From: a virus
Direction: 5' to 3' (one strand)
Virus record (IMG/VR): IMGVR_UViG_3300042305_002088
Location: 1-64,000 of that record
DNA: 64,000 bases
In this document: positions 1 to 6,835 of the stretch, piece by piece
How positions within the stretch are numbered: the first letter of the stretch is position 1
How the letters are laid out: each line of letters starts with the position of its first letter
Notes under the pieces: generated by a model
Database searches by the model: none
What the model saw: only the letters and a program-made list of their open reading frames with translations
What the model was told of the DNA's origin: nothing
Made by a program: the position numbers and the translations under genes

Positions 1-1
1 A

Positions 2-469
2 TTAGGATCAACAGGTATTGGAGGAGCTGCACCAGGTGTATTCGGTTCACAAACCGGAATTACTATTATAAGAGGGTTATCTTGCGGTCCAAGAGGTCAA
101 TGGCCAACTGCTGGTAATGTCTTTATAGTACCTCAAAGCACTTCAACAGCATCATTTGAAACTTCAGCATTTCAAGATGTGACCCTCATTACATCTTTAT
201 CAGATGGTATAGTGCCGCCTGTAAGCTCTGTAAGACTAGGAACAAGATATAATTTAAATGACTATACAGGTACTTGCGCTGTACCTTCTATAATTTCAGC
301 ACTACAAGGAGTAGCTGTAGATAATTCTACAGGTATTGCAGCACTACAACCACAAACAGTTTGGAGTGTTCAGACAAGCGCTATAAATACAAATTCATTA
401 GGAGGGAGGTTAAAAGAATCAGCAACAGTTCAAAGTTTTGGACAATTGTTGACAGCTTTTAATGCGTAG
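2..469 (+). CDS. C-terminal part of a fibre/adhesin-like protein, 5' truncated by the window; paralog of 472-2406
   Basis: Frame is open from base 2 (LGSTGIGGAAPGVFG...). Shares CGPRGQWPT, PPVSSVRxGTxY, GVxVDNxTG and SxGGRLK with the next ORF. Confidence 0.8.
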   Translation, partial: LGSTGIGGAAPGVFGSQTGITIIRGLSCGPRGQWPTAGNVFIVPQSTSTASFETSAFQDVTLITSLSDGIVPPVSSVRLGTRYNLNDYTGTCAVPSIISALQGVAVDNSTGIAALQPQTVWSVQTSAINTNSLGGRLKESATVQSFGQLLTAFNA

Positions 470-471
470 TT

Positions 472-2406
472 ATGGCTAATGTATGGGCAACAAAAAATGG
501 CGTTTGGTCAGATGTTACAGTTTGGAATACTGGAGCATTACCTACTATAGCGGATGATGTATATGCTGACGGTAGAATAGTTTATATTGATATCAACACC
601 CAAGTTCTTTCTATTAGTAACGGAAGAAGATCAGGAGGCACCATTAACGGGTATTTCATAGGTAATGATAATATTTCATTATCTGCAAATGTTCTTTGTC
701 GAGATGGTAGTGGTGGTTCTGTTACAGCTTGTTTAGAACTTTTAAGTGCTACCCCAAGTCTTTTTACAGTATACGGAAATGTTGTGGGTGCTGCTGCTTC
801 AAATGGTAGAGCAATTCGGTGCACATCTTCTGGAACTTTAACTGTTTATGGTAATGTTTCGGGAGGGACAGGTTCCGGTACCGCGTGGGGCATAGATAAT
901 CAGTCAACAGGCATTATAAATGTTATAGGGAATATAAGAGCATTTAATGTTTTAAATGCTGGTGCTATCAATAATAATTCAACAGGTACTGTAAATGTTA
1001 CTGGAAATGTATTTGGAAGTTCAACAGCAGGGGCTTCAAACTGCAGGGGTATAACAAATATAGATGGTATAGTAAATGTTTTAGGAAATGTTACAGCAAC
1101 TACAGGTTCTAATAATCATGGTATTTTAAATAGTACAGGTAGTAGCAACCCTAGGGTAAATGTTATTGGTGTTATTTTTGGAGGTACCAACGGTGCAGTT
1201 AATAACAGCGGGACCGGTACGGTAAGTATAACTGGGAATGTTTTTGGAACTAACGGGTTAGGGGTAGCTAATACTGGTGGTAGTGCAGGAACTATAAATA
1301 TCCGAGGTAATGTAACAGGTATTCTTGGTATTGGTTGCCAAAATACCGGAAGTGGTACTGTAAATGTTGTAGGTAATATAGAGGGTGGAATAGCATCAGC
1401 AGTAGTAGGTATAAGCAACTTCTCAACAGGTACAGTTAATGTAACAGGTAATTCAACTGCTGGTATCACTACAAATACACACGGTACTGCTAATAATTCA
1501 ATAGGGGTAGTAAATTTATTTGGTGATGCTTATGGAGGATCAAGTGGAACTATCGGTGGTGTAGCAAATACTGGAGCAGGTACGTGTAATATTATAGGGA
1601 ATGCATATTCAGGTACGCCAGGGTCATCTTCTCATGGTATTATTAATACCAATTCGTCAACTGGTGTAATAAATCTCACCGGAAACGCTTACGCAAATTT
1701 TGCTACTGCTATTCAAAATGGCACAGGTCCGAGTAGCATAAATATAAACGGATCAGTGTTCGGAGGAAGTGTGACTAACGCTCATGGAGTACAGAATGCT
1801 AGTTCGACTGGTACTGTAGTAGTTGCTGGGTCTGCTGTTGGAGGTACTGTTTCTACTGCATACGGAGCATTTAATGGCAGTACAGGGATATTAAGAGTTA
1901 AAAGAGCTGTAGGTAACAACTGGGGGTTAGGGTTTACAACAGTACTAGCAGGTACGCCGGGTGTTTTTTCTAGTTTATCTGGTTCCCAAACTTTTGTAGA
2001 AGAATTAGAATGCGGTCCAAGAGGTCAGTGGCCCACAGGTGGTGTTATATTCTTTACACCAAATCCAAAAGCTACATCTCAATTTGAAACAGATACTTTT
2101 CAGAATTATACTTTAATAAAATCAAATTCTGCTGATAATCTCTTACCACCAGTAAGTTCAGTAAGACAGGGAACTGTTTATGATCTAGAAACAGATACAG
2201 GAACTTGTATAATACCTCCTGCAAGTTCAGTGGGTTTTGGTGTACCAGTAGATAATACAACAGGTACAGCAACTTTAGTATCAACAAATGTTTGGAATAT
2301 TTCATCCCAAGAAATAACCGATAATCAAAGCATTGGAGGAAGACTTAAAAATACTTTGACAGCTAATGCAGCAGAAAAATTAGTAAACTCATTTAATTTG
2401 AATTAA
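472..2406 (+). CDS. Gly/Asn/Ser/Thr-rich repetitive protein, likely beta-helical tail fibre or adhesin
   Basis: 644 aa with many NxxTGTVNVxGNVxG-type repeats; conserved C-terminal module shared with the upstream paralog. Confidence 0.65.
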   Translation: MANVWATKNGVWSDVTVWNTGALPTIADDVYADGRIVYIDINTQVLSISNGRRSGGTINGYFIGNDNISLSANVLCRDGSGGSVTACLELLSATPSLFTVYGNVVGAAASNGRAIRCTSSGTLTVYGNVSGGTGSGTAWGIDNQSTGIINVIGNIRAFNVLNAGAINNNSTGTVNVTGNVFGSSTAGASNCRGITNIDGIVNVLGNVTATTGSNNHGILNSTGSSNPRVNVIGVIFGGTNGAVNNSGTGTVSITGNVFGTNGLGVANTGGSAGTINIRGNVTGILGIGCQNTGSGTVNVVGNIEGGIASAVVGISNFSTGTVNVTGNSTAGITTNTHGTANNSIGVVNLFGDAYGGSSGTIGGVANTGAGTCNIIGNAYSGTPGSSSHGIINTNSSTGVINLTGNAYANFATAIQNGTGPSSININGSVFGGSVTNAHGVQNASSTGTVVVAGSAVGGTVSTAYGAFNGSTGILRVKRAVGNNWGLGFTTVLAGTPGVFSSLSGSQTFVEELECGPRGQWPTGGVIFFTPNPKATSQFETDTFQNYTLIKSNSADNLLPPVSSVRQGTVYDLETDTGTCIIPPASSVGFGVPVDNTTGTATLVSTNVWNISSQEITDNQSIGGRLKNTLTANAAEKLVNSFNLN

Positions 2407-2432
2407 AAAACGTTTCCTTTAATATACTCTGT

Positions 2433-2828
2433 ATGATCGAGTATTTTAAGGATTGTGCAGGTTCTCCAGAAGAAGAACGTAATGACTGTACAGTGAGAGC
2501 TTTAGCTATCTCAACAGGCATGCCCTATCATGACTGTTATATGTATCTAGCTAATTTTGGTCGCAAACCTAATAAAGGAACCAATATTCGAAAGTTCTTT
2601 AAAAATAATAAAACAGTTTTTCGTTATAGCTTCACTAAATTAAAATTCCGTAAATCAATTACTCTTAATAAATTTGTTAAAAAATATCCAGAAGGCACTT
2701 TTTATGTTAGAAAGTCTAAACATGTCTTTGTAGTTAAAGACGGGGTAGCAATTGATATGTCAAAACCTAGTACATATTGTAGAATTACTGATGCCTGGGA
2801 AGTTACCTCTTTAGATAAATGGACATAA
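2433..2828 (+). CDS. conserved phage hypothetical protein, possible papain-like Cys-His-Asp fold
   Basis: NDCTVRALAI and KHVFVVKDGVAID motifs. Confidence 0.55.
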   Translation: MIEYFKDCAGSPEEERNDCTVRALAISTGMPYHDCYMYLANFGRKPNKGTNIRKFFKNNKTVFRYSFTKLKFRKSITLNKFVKKYPEGTFYVRKSKHVFVVKDGVAIDMSKPSTYCRITDAWEVTSLDKWT

Positions 2829-2837
2829 ATATACTCG

Positions 2838-2887
2838 TTATTATCTTTATAGTGAGCACATAAAAGTGTTTGCTAAAGAGATAATAA
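2838..2887 (+). promoter_or_regulatory. long 5' UTR hairpin ending 1 nt before the ATG of a small membrane peptide
   Basis: TTATTATCT/AGATAATAA and TAGTGAGCAC/GTGTTTGCTA arms; TAAATA late-promoter motif at 2826-2831. Confidence 0.55.
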
Positions 2888-2888
2888 T

Positions 2889-2990
2889 ATGATAACATTA
2901 GGAACAATAGTGACTGCTTTCGGCTTTAAGCTTATGCTTTTAGGATATGCAGCAATGATTACAGAATTTTTTCGTAGCCCCACTCAGTAG
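2889..2990 (+). CDS. 33-aa hydrophobic peptide (below the ORF track cutoff)
   Basis: MITLGTIVTAFGFKLMLLGYAAMITEFFRSPTQ; lies between a promoter motif and a terminator. Confidence 0.55.
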   Translation: MITLGTIVTAFGFKLMLLGYAAMITEFFRSPTQ

Positions 2991-3016
2991 TAATAGGGTT
3001 AAGAAAATATTCTGGG

Positions 3017-3050
3017 ATAAGAGCAAGGAAACTTGCTCTTATTTTTTTTT
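3017..3050 (+). terminator. intrinsic terminator
   Basis: ATAAGAGCAAG-GAAA-CTTGCTCTTAT followed by a T run. Confidence 0.9.
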
Positions 3051-3101
3051 ATAAAGAAGGTTCAGACTGGAAATTTTGTAGGGTTATAATATTATTAGTG
3101 C

Positions 3102-3599
3102 ATGGGACCAACCTCAGTTGCACCGGATGAAATTTTACATTTAAAACCTTCTATGAATAAACAATACTACTCTTGGGATCACTTTCACACATTAGTTGGA
3201 GAGATTAAGAAGAAGGTTAAAACAGCACCTAATATCATTGTTTCTATAGGTAAAGGCGGGTCTATCCCTGGGGTTATCTTAGCAGAACACTTTGAGTGTA
3301 ATAACCTCAATCTCGGTCTGAAGTCCTATAAGGGCCAATCTCGAGGAGAAATTCATGAATATCAAGGTATTAAATGTTACGATGGTCTAAGAGATGTTAA
3401 TATTCTTATCGTTGATGACATTGCCGATTCAGGAGAGACGTTCAAATACGCTGTCAAGAAATTTAAAGGTAACGGGTGTGAAAGAATTGAAACAGCTTCT
3501 GTATTTTACAAGCCTTGTTCAAAATTTAAACCAGATTGCTTTGCAGAAGAGGTAGAAGAGACAACCTGGATTGTTCAGCCCTGGGAAGCCTTTGATTAA
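3102..3599 (+). CDS. type I purine phosphoribosyltransferase (Gpt/Hpt-like)
   Basis: PRPP-binding motif ILIVDDIADSGET; C-terminal WIVQPWE. Confidence 0.85.
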   Translation: MGPTSVAPDEILHLKPSMNKQYYSWDHFHTLVGEIKKKVKTAPNIIVSIGKGGSIPGVILAEHFECNNLNLGLKSYKGQSRGEIHEYQGIKCYDGLRDVNILIVDDIADSGETFKYAVKKFKGNGCERIETASVFYKPCSKFKPDCFAEEVEETTWIVQPWEAFD

Positions 3600-4006
3600 A
3601 GGTCTTTAAGAAACTTTTTATACAAGCCCCAATAAGCCTGAAAGACTTTTGTGAGTTTTTCAGGTTTTATTTTTTTGTAGTCTGCCCAAGCATAGTCTTT
3701 ATGCTCCCAAGATAATGTCGGTTTAAATTCCTTTTTAATAGCTTTGAAAAATGAATAAACAGGCCGTTTAACTTCTTCTTTAGTAATTTTTAATTTACCA
3801 ATCATTTCCCCATCAGGGTTCATTCCCAGCTCTTCAAAACATTCTCTTTGAGCTGTCTGAAAAGGTTCTTCACCAGGCTCCCGATGCCCTCCCGGGAATG
3901 TCCACTTACCGTTTTCTTTTTTAAGAAGGAGAATTTTTTTACCTGGAGCTACAAAAACTATTCCCGCACCAATGTAATCATCTTTTACATACTCACGAAA
4001 TTTCAT
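3596..4006 (-). CDS. NUDIX hydrolase
   Basis: Nudix box GGHREPGEEPFQTAQRECFEELG. Confidence 0.9.
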   Translation of the reverse strand: MKFREYVKDDYIGAGIVFVAPGKKILLLKKENGKWTFPGGHREPGEEPFQTAQRECFEELGMNPDGEMIGKLKITKEEVKRPVYSFFKAIKKEFKPTLSWEHKDYAWADYKKIKPEKLTKVFQAYWGLYKKFLKDL

Positions 4007-4033
4007 TGATTTAGTATTTATCTAGTGTATAAT
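4006..4033 (+). promoter_or_regulatory. sigma70-type promoter of bS21, overlapping a divergent late motif for the NUDIX gene
   Basis: TTGATT-16-TATAAT; TATTTA (TAAATA on the minus strand) at 4015-4020. Confidence 0.6.
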
Positions 4034-4042
4034 ACTAAGCAA

Positions 4043-4273
4043 ATGGAAAACGTAGCAGTATATCTACAAAAGGGTGAGTTTTCTGGACGCGAACATATTG
4101 ATCGCGCTCTCAAAAGACTCAAAAATAAAGTCGACAACGAAGGTATTATCGAGACTGTTCGCATTAAGCGAGCTTTCGAAACCCCGGCAGAACGCAAAAT
4201 TCGCAAACGCCGGAAGCTTCAAAAGTCTATTAAAATGCTTAAGCTTAAAAGGCAGCAACAGCCGCGCAATTAA
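4043..4273 (+). CDS. rpsU: ribosomal protein bS21
   Basis: IDRALKRLKNKVDNEGIIETVRIKRAFETPAERKIRK pattern; ATG 4043 preferred over GTG 4025, which lies inside the promoter. Confidence 0.85.
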   Translation: MENVAVYLQKGEFSGREHIDRALKRLKNKVDNEGIIETVRIKRAFETPAERKIRKRRKLQKSIKMLKLKRQQQPRN

Positions 4274-4464
4274 GCTGCTTTACCAGCTTTGCGCGAGTTC
4301 TTCTCTTCTTGGATAGCTTTACGCTCAGATTTGGTATATTTACCAATCTCTTGAAGAGCTTTACGGGCACGAGCACCAGCAGCATTATTACCACCGTAGA
4401 ACTTTTCAGCTTCAACGGCAAAGGTTTCAACGAGTTGTTTCAGTGTTTCGGATGTGTTAGGCAT
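4270..4464 (-). CDS. histone H1-like Hc1 family nucleoid protein
   Basis: EAEKFYGGNNAAGARARKAL motif typical of the Hc1 N-terminal domain. Confidence 0.75.
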   Translation of the reverse strand: MPNTSETLKQLVETFAVEAEKFYGGNNAAGARARKALQEIGKYTKSERKAIQEEKNSRKAGKAA

Positions 4465-4541
4465 AATATAGATAGTTAAACAATATACCTGAAAATATCA
4501 ACTACTTGATTTTATTAGAAATGATATTAAATTTATACTGT

Positions 4542-4655
4542 ATGAAATACATCTTACTCGCAGTTTTGGTAGTCTCTGCTGTTATGACTACTGCTTGTGC
4601 CTCGAAAAAAGAGTGCAAGCCGTCCGGTAAAACCGTTGTTACTTGTAATAAATAA
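4542..4655 (+). CDS. 37-aa putative lipoprotein (below the ORF track cutoff)
   Basis: MKYILLAVLVVSAVMTTA-C-ASKKECKPSGKTVVTCNK: signal peptide with lipobox-like TTAC. Confidence 0.6.
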   Translation: MKYILLAVLVVSAVMTTACASKKECKPSGKTVVTCNK

Positions 4656-4733
4656 TAACGATGTTTTATTACATACAAAACGAATATAGAATACTTACCC
4701 GTAAGGGCTGAGTTCTAGAACGTTTTGTTTTAA

Positions 4734-4770
4734 GACCCGGCCCTCGCAAGAAGGCCGGGTTCTTTTTTTT
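4734..4770 (+). terminator. intrinsic terminator
   Basis: ACCCGGCC/GGCCGGGT stem followed by a T run. Confidence 0.9.
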
Positions 4771-4784
4771 CGATCTTTGACAGT

Positions 4785-5006
4785 TTATAACAAGTTTAAG
4801 AAGGCCATACGGTTATTCTCCATGTTTGCTATATGGATCCTATAAGATCTTTTAAAAGATCTCCAGAACCTTCTTACGTAGTATCTCATATAACGAAATA
4901 CTAAATAGGATGTTTCTGGATCCATGTAACAGCAACCAGGATAACCTACACCACCATACATTGAATAAACCAATCCAAGATCGACTTTTGGTCGATTTTT
5001 TTTCAT
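4785..5006 (-). CDS. hypothetical protein
   Basis: 73-aa ORF with a TAAATA motif upstream (5015-5020, minus strand). Confidence 0.55.
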   Translation of the reverse strand: MKKNRPKVDLGLVYSMYGGVGYPGCCYMDPETSYLVFRYMRYYVRRFWRSFKRSYRIHIANMENNRMAFLNLL

Positions 5007-5088
5007 GGCATAGATATTTATTCTATATCAGCTTAACAATATACGAATTTTAGTTTAAGATTTCTTAAATTTTCAATAAAAATTTTAC

Positions 5089-5170
5089 GGGTAGATCGCA
5101 TAGTGGCAATTGCCGAAGACTGTAAATCTTCTCTCTTTTGAGTTCGTAGGTTCGAGTCCTACTCTACCCA
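5089..5170 (+). tRNA. tRNA-Tyr(GTA)
   Basis: GGGTAGA/TCTACCC acceptor stem, GAAGA-CTGTAAA-TCTTC anticodon arm, long variable arm, TTCGAGT T-loop. Confidence 0.95.
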
Positions 5171-5184
5171 TTTTATTTTTAGAT

Positions 5185-5255
5185 TACCTCGTGGTGTAAT
5201 GGTAGCACAAGAGTTTTTGGCACTCTTTGTCATAGTTCGAGTCTATGCGAGGTAG
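5185..5255 (+). tRNA. tRNA-Gln(TTG)
   Basis: TACCTCG/CGAGGTA acceptor stem, AGAGT-TTTTGGC-ACTCT anticodon arm. Confidence 0.9.
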
Positions 5256-5298
5256 TTTTTAGTTGCATGTTCTAGCGAGTTCCGGTATATTATGAATC

Positions 5299-5484
5299 AT
5301 GAAATTAGATACAGCTATTCTCTTACTTCTTGCTTTTGGACTTATTGCCGGAAGCATTGTCTCAGAACTTCAGCATCGTCGAATTAAAGATTTGCAAACA
5401 CAAGTTGACGAGCTTAGAATCGTAGTTAATGAGAAATTTCTATCTTCTATGATTTTTGACAAATATAATTTAACTGTTCGATAA
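5299..5484 (+). CDS. small membrane-anchored coiled-coil protein
   Basis: N-terminal hydrophobic segment; promoter TTGCAT-17-TATATT just upstream. Confidence 0.6.
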   Translation: MKLDTAILLLLAFGLIAGSIVSELQHRRIKDLQTQVDELRIVVNEKFLSSMIFDKYNLTVR

Positions 5485-5524
5485 TATGGAAGATTTTGAC
5501 GGTTTAGGACTTTAATGATTTTCA

Positions 5525-5596
5525 GCTCTTATAGTTCAAAGGTTAGAACGGTCTGTTTATAACGGACGAATCTTGGTTCAAGTCCAAGTAGGAGCA
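5525..5596 (+). tRNA. tRNA-Ile(TAT)
   Basis: GCTCTTA/TAGGAGC acceptor stem, GTCTG-TTTATAA-CGGAC anticodon arm, CTTGG-TTCAAGT-CCAAG T arm. Confidence 0.88.
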
Positions 5597-6267
5597 GTTC
5601 TTAGGTAGCGCACCAATTTCCGAAAATGAACATCTGCAGCAAACTCAGGAGTACCTAATTTATGTTCAATAATAACATAATTGATATAACCACACTCTTC
5701 AATTGCTTTATACCTTAAATTGTCCCGATGTTTAATTTTATTAAGTAAACTAACACCAGCTATAGGTTTCCAGTGCCATGCACCGTTCCAATGTATAGCT
5801 ATTTTATAATCTGGTAAAATTATATCTGCATCAAAGCCATTAAACATTTTTTTATTTGTAATAATTTTTAATCCGTGATTGATAAGTTTTTGAGATAATA
5901 TTTTTTCGCCTTTACTTCGACTATTTCTTCTTTGCCATAAACCACCAAGTCGTTTTTCAGTCTCAATATTCACTCTTCTCTTTAATTCATTTCTACACTC
6001 TATACCACACATTGATACTCTAGAATATTTTTCATGATAAAATTTTTTATTGCAAATTTTACAAGTTTTAACAAAGACGTCGTTCTCTTTTGGAAATTTT
6101 CGCCCAATAAGATCAGCTCTTTTTTTAAGTGTTTCACTCTTTTTTAATTTAGTTAGTAAGGTTTGCGGACCTCTTTTAAGATTATTAAATATAGCAGAAC
6201 AAGTTTGAGAGCAAAATTTCTTACCATATTTACTGGCAATAATTTTATTGCAATTTATACAATTCAT
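5578..6267 (-). CDS. free-standing putative homing endonuclease: zinc-ribbon repeats plus a Vsr/DUF559-like nuclease domain
   Basis: CxxC...FCSxxC repeats; SKGEKIL...DADIILPDYKIAIHWNGAWH. Start 6267 follows a minus-strand TAAATA at 6273-6278. Confidence 0.75.
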   Translation of the reverse strand: MNCINCNKIIASKYGKKFCSQTCSAIFNNLKRGPQTLLTKLKKSETLKKRADLIGRKFPKENDVFVKTCKICNKKFYHEKYSRVSMCGIECRNELKRRVNIETEKRLGGLWQRRNSRSKGEKILSQKLINHGLKIITNKKMFNGFDADIILPDYKIAIHWNGAWHWKPIAGVSLLNKIKHRDNLRYKAIEECGYINYVIIEHKLGTPEFAADVHFRKLVRYLRTAPTWT

Positions 6268-6353
6268 ATTATTATTTAATGAGGCCATATAAAGGTTCAA
6301 GTACGTTCTTTGATAAAAATTTAATGGGGTGGTAGCTCAATGGTTAGAGCAGT

Positions 6354-6405
6354 TAAAGCTGGCTGCTTTGTATCGTGAGATACATTGTTTACAATATTAA
6401 AGTTG
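6354..6405 (+). ncRNA. 52-nt coreless group I-like mini-intron at tRNA position 28/29
   Basis: IGS AGCTGGCTGCTTT (6357-6369) pairs across the ligated junction AGAGCAGT|CGGCT with U.G at the 5' splice site; P2 TGTATC-GTGA-GATACA; ends in G6405; no P3-P8. Confidence 0.8.
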
Positions 6406-6413
6406 CGGCTCAT

Positions 6414-6625
6414 AATATTGTGACTTTATAGAGGGATCTATAATGAAAACTGGATGAATTCAGTGAAAGCCTAATAGGTCAACACTGAGCCAAGCTAAAG
6501 ATACATCTTTAGAAGGTGCAGAGACTACTGGAGAGGTTTAGTCCTCTTAATAACCAGAATTAGCGTCCGGCAACTCAAGTAGTTGAAGATATAGTCCACG
6601 GAGTTTGGTAACAAACACAAACGTA
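6414..6625 (+). ncRNA. 212-nt group I intron without an ORF at tRNA position 36/37; terminal nucleotide is A
   Basis: P1 TCAT/GTGA, P2 with GGGA loop, P3 CTGGATG/CGTCCGG, P4 TCAGTG/CACTGA, P7 GACTA/TAGTC, P8 CAACT/AGTTG, P9 GTTTG-GTAA-CAAAC, P9.0 ACG/CGT. Confidence 0.92.
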
Positions 6626-6671
6626 AATCGATTGGTTGTCGGTTCGAATCCGACCCGCCCCACCACTTTTC

Positions 6672-6743
6672 GGAATGGTAGCTCAACGGTAGAGCAGTAC
6701 CCTTTTAAGGTATTGGTTCTGGGTTCGAGTCCCAGCCATTCCA
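6672..6743 (+). tRNA. tRNA-Lys(TTT)
   Basis: GGAATGG/CCATTCC acceptor stem; GTACC-CTTTTAA-GGTAT. Confidence 0.95.
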
Positions 6744-6760
6744 AATTAAATAAACTTTAT

Positions 6761-6835
6761 TGACAAGTAGCTCAACGGTAGAGCAGAGAGCTGTTAACTC
6801 TCCGGTTGTAGGTTCGAATCCTACCTTGTCAGCCA
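6761..6835 (+). tRNA. tRNA-Asn(GTT)
   Basis: TGACAAG/CTTGTCA acceptor stem; GAGAG-CTGTTAA-CTCTC; encoded CCA. Confidence 0.95.

Larger units (their letters stand above)
6326..6665 (+). tRNA. tRNA(CAT), elongator Met or Ile2, in three exons: 6326-6353, 6406-6413, 6626-6665
   Basis: The joined exons give a 76-nt cloverleaf: GGGGTGG TA GCTC AATGGTTA GAGC A GTCGG CTCATAA TCGAT TGGTT GTCGG TTCGAAT CCGAC CCGCCCC A CCA. Confidence 0.88.

Noticed and set aside
582-2305. Antisense and alternate-frame ORFs inside long genes (for example 582, 1116, 2072, 7665, 49595, 53705, 61496)
   Set aside because: They are shadows of biased codon usage in well-supported genes
6621-6632. Reading the intron end as G6623 followed by TAAATCG, which would imply a suppressor-like or Tyr anticodon
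   Set aside because: It gives a 9-nt anticodon loop with exon 2 and breaks P9.0 and P10; the CAU three-exon model fits all pairings
6547-6744. 65-aa minus-strand ORF
   Set aside because: It is the antisense of the intron and tRNAs, a typical tRNA shadow ORF
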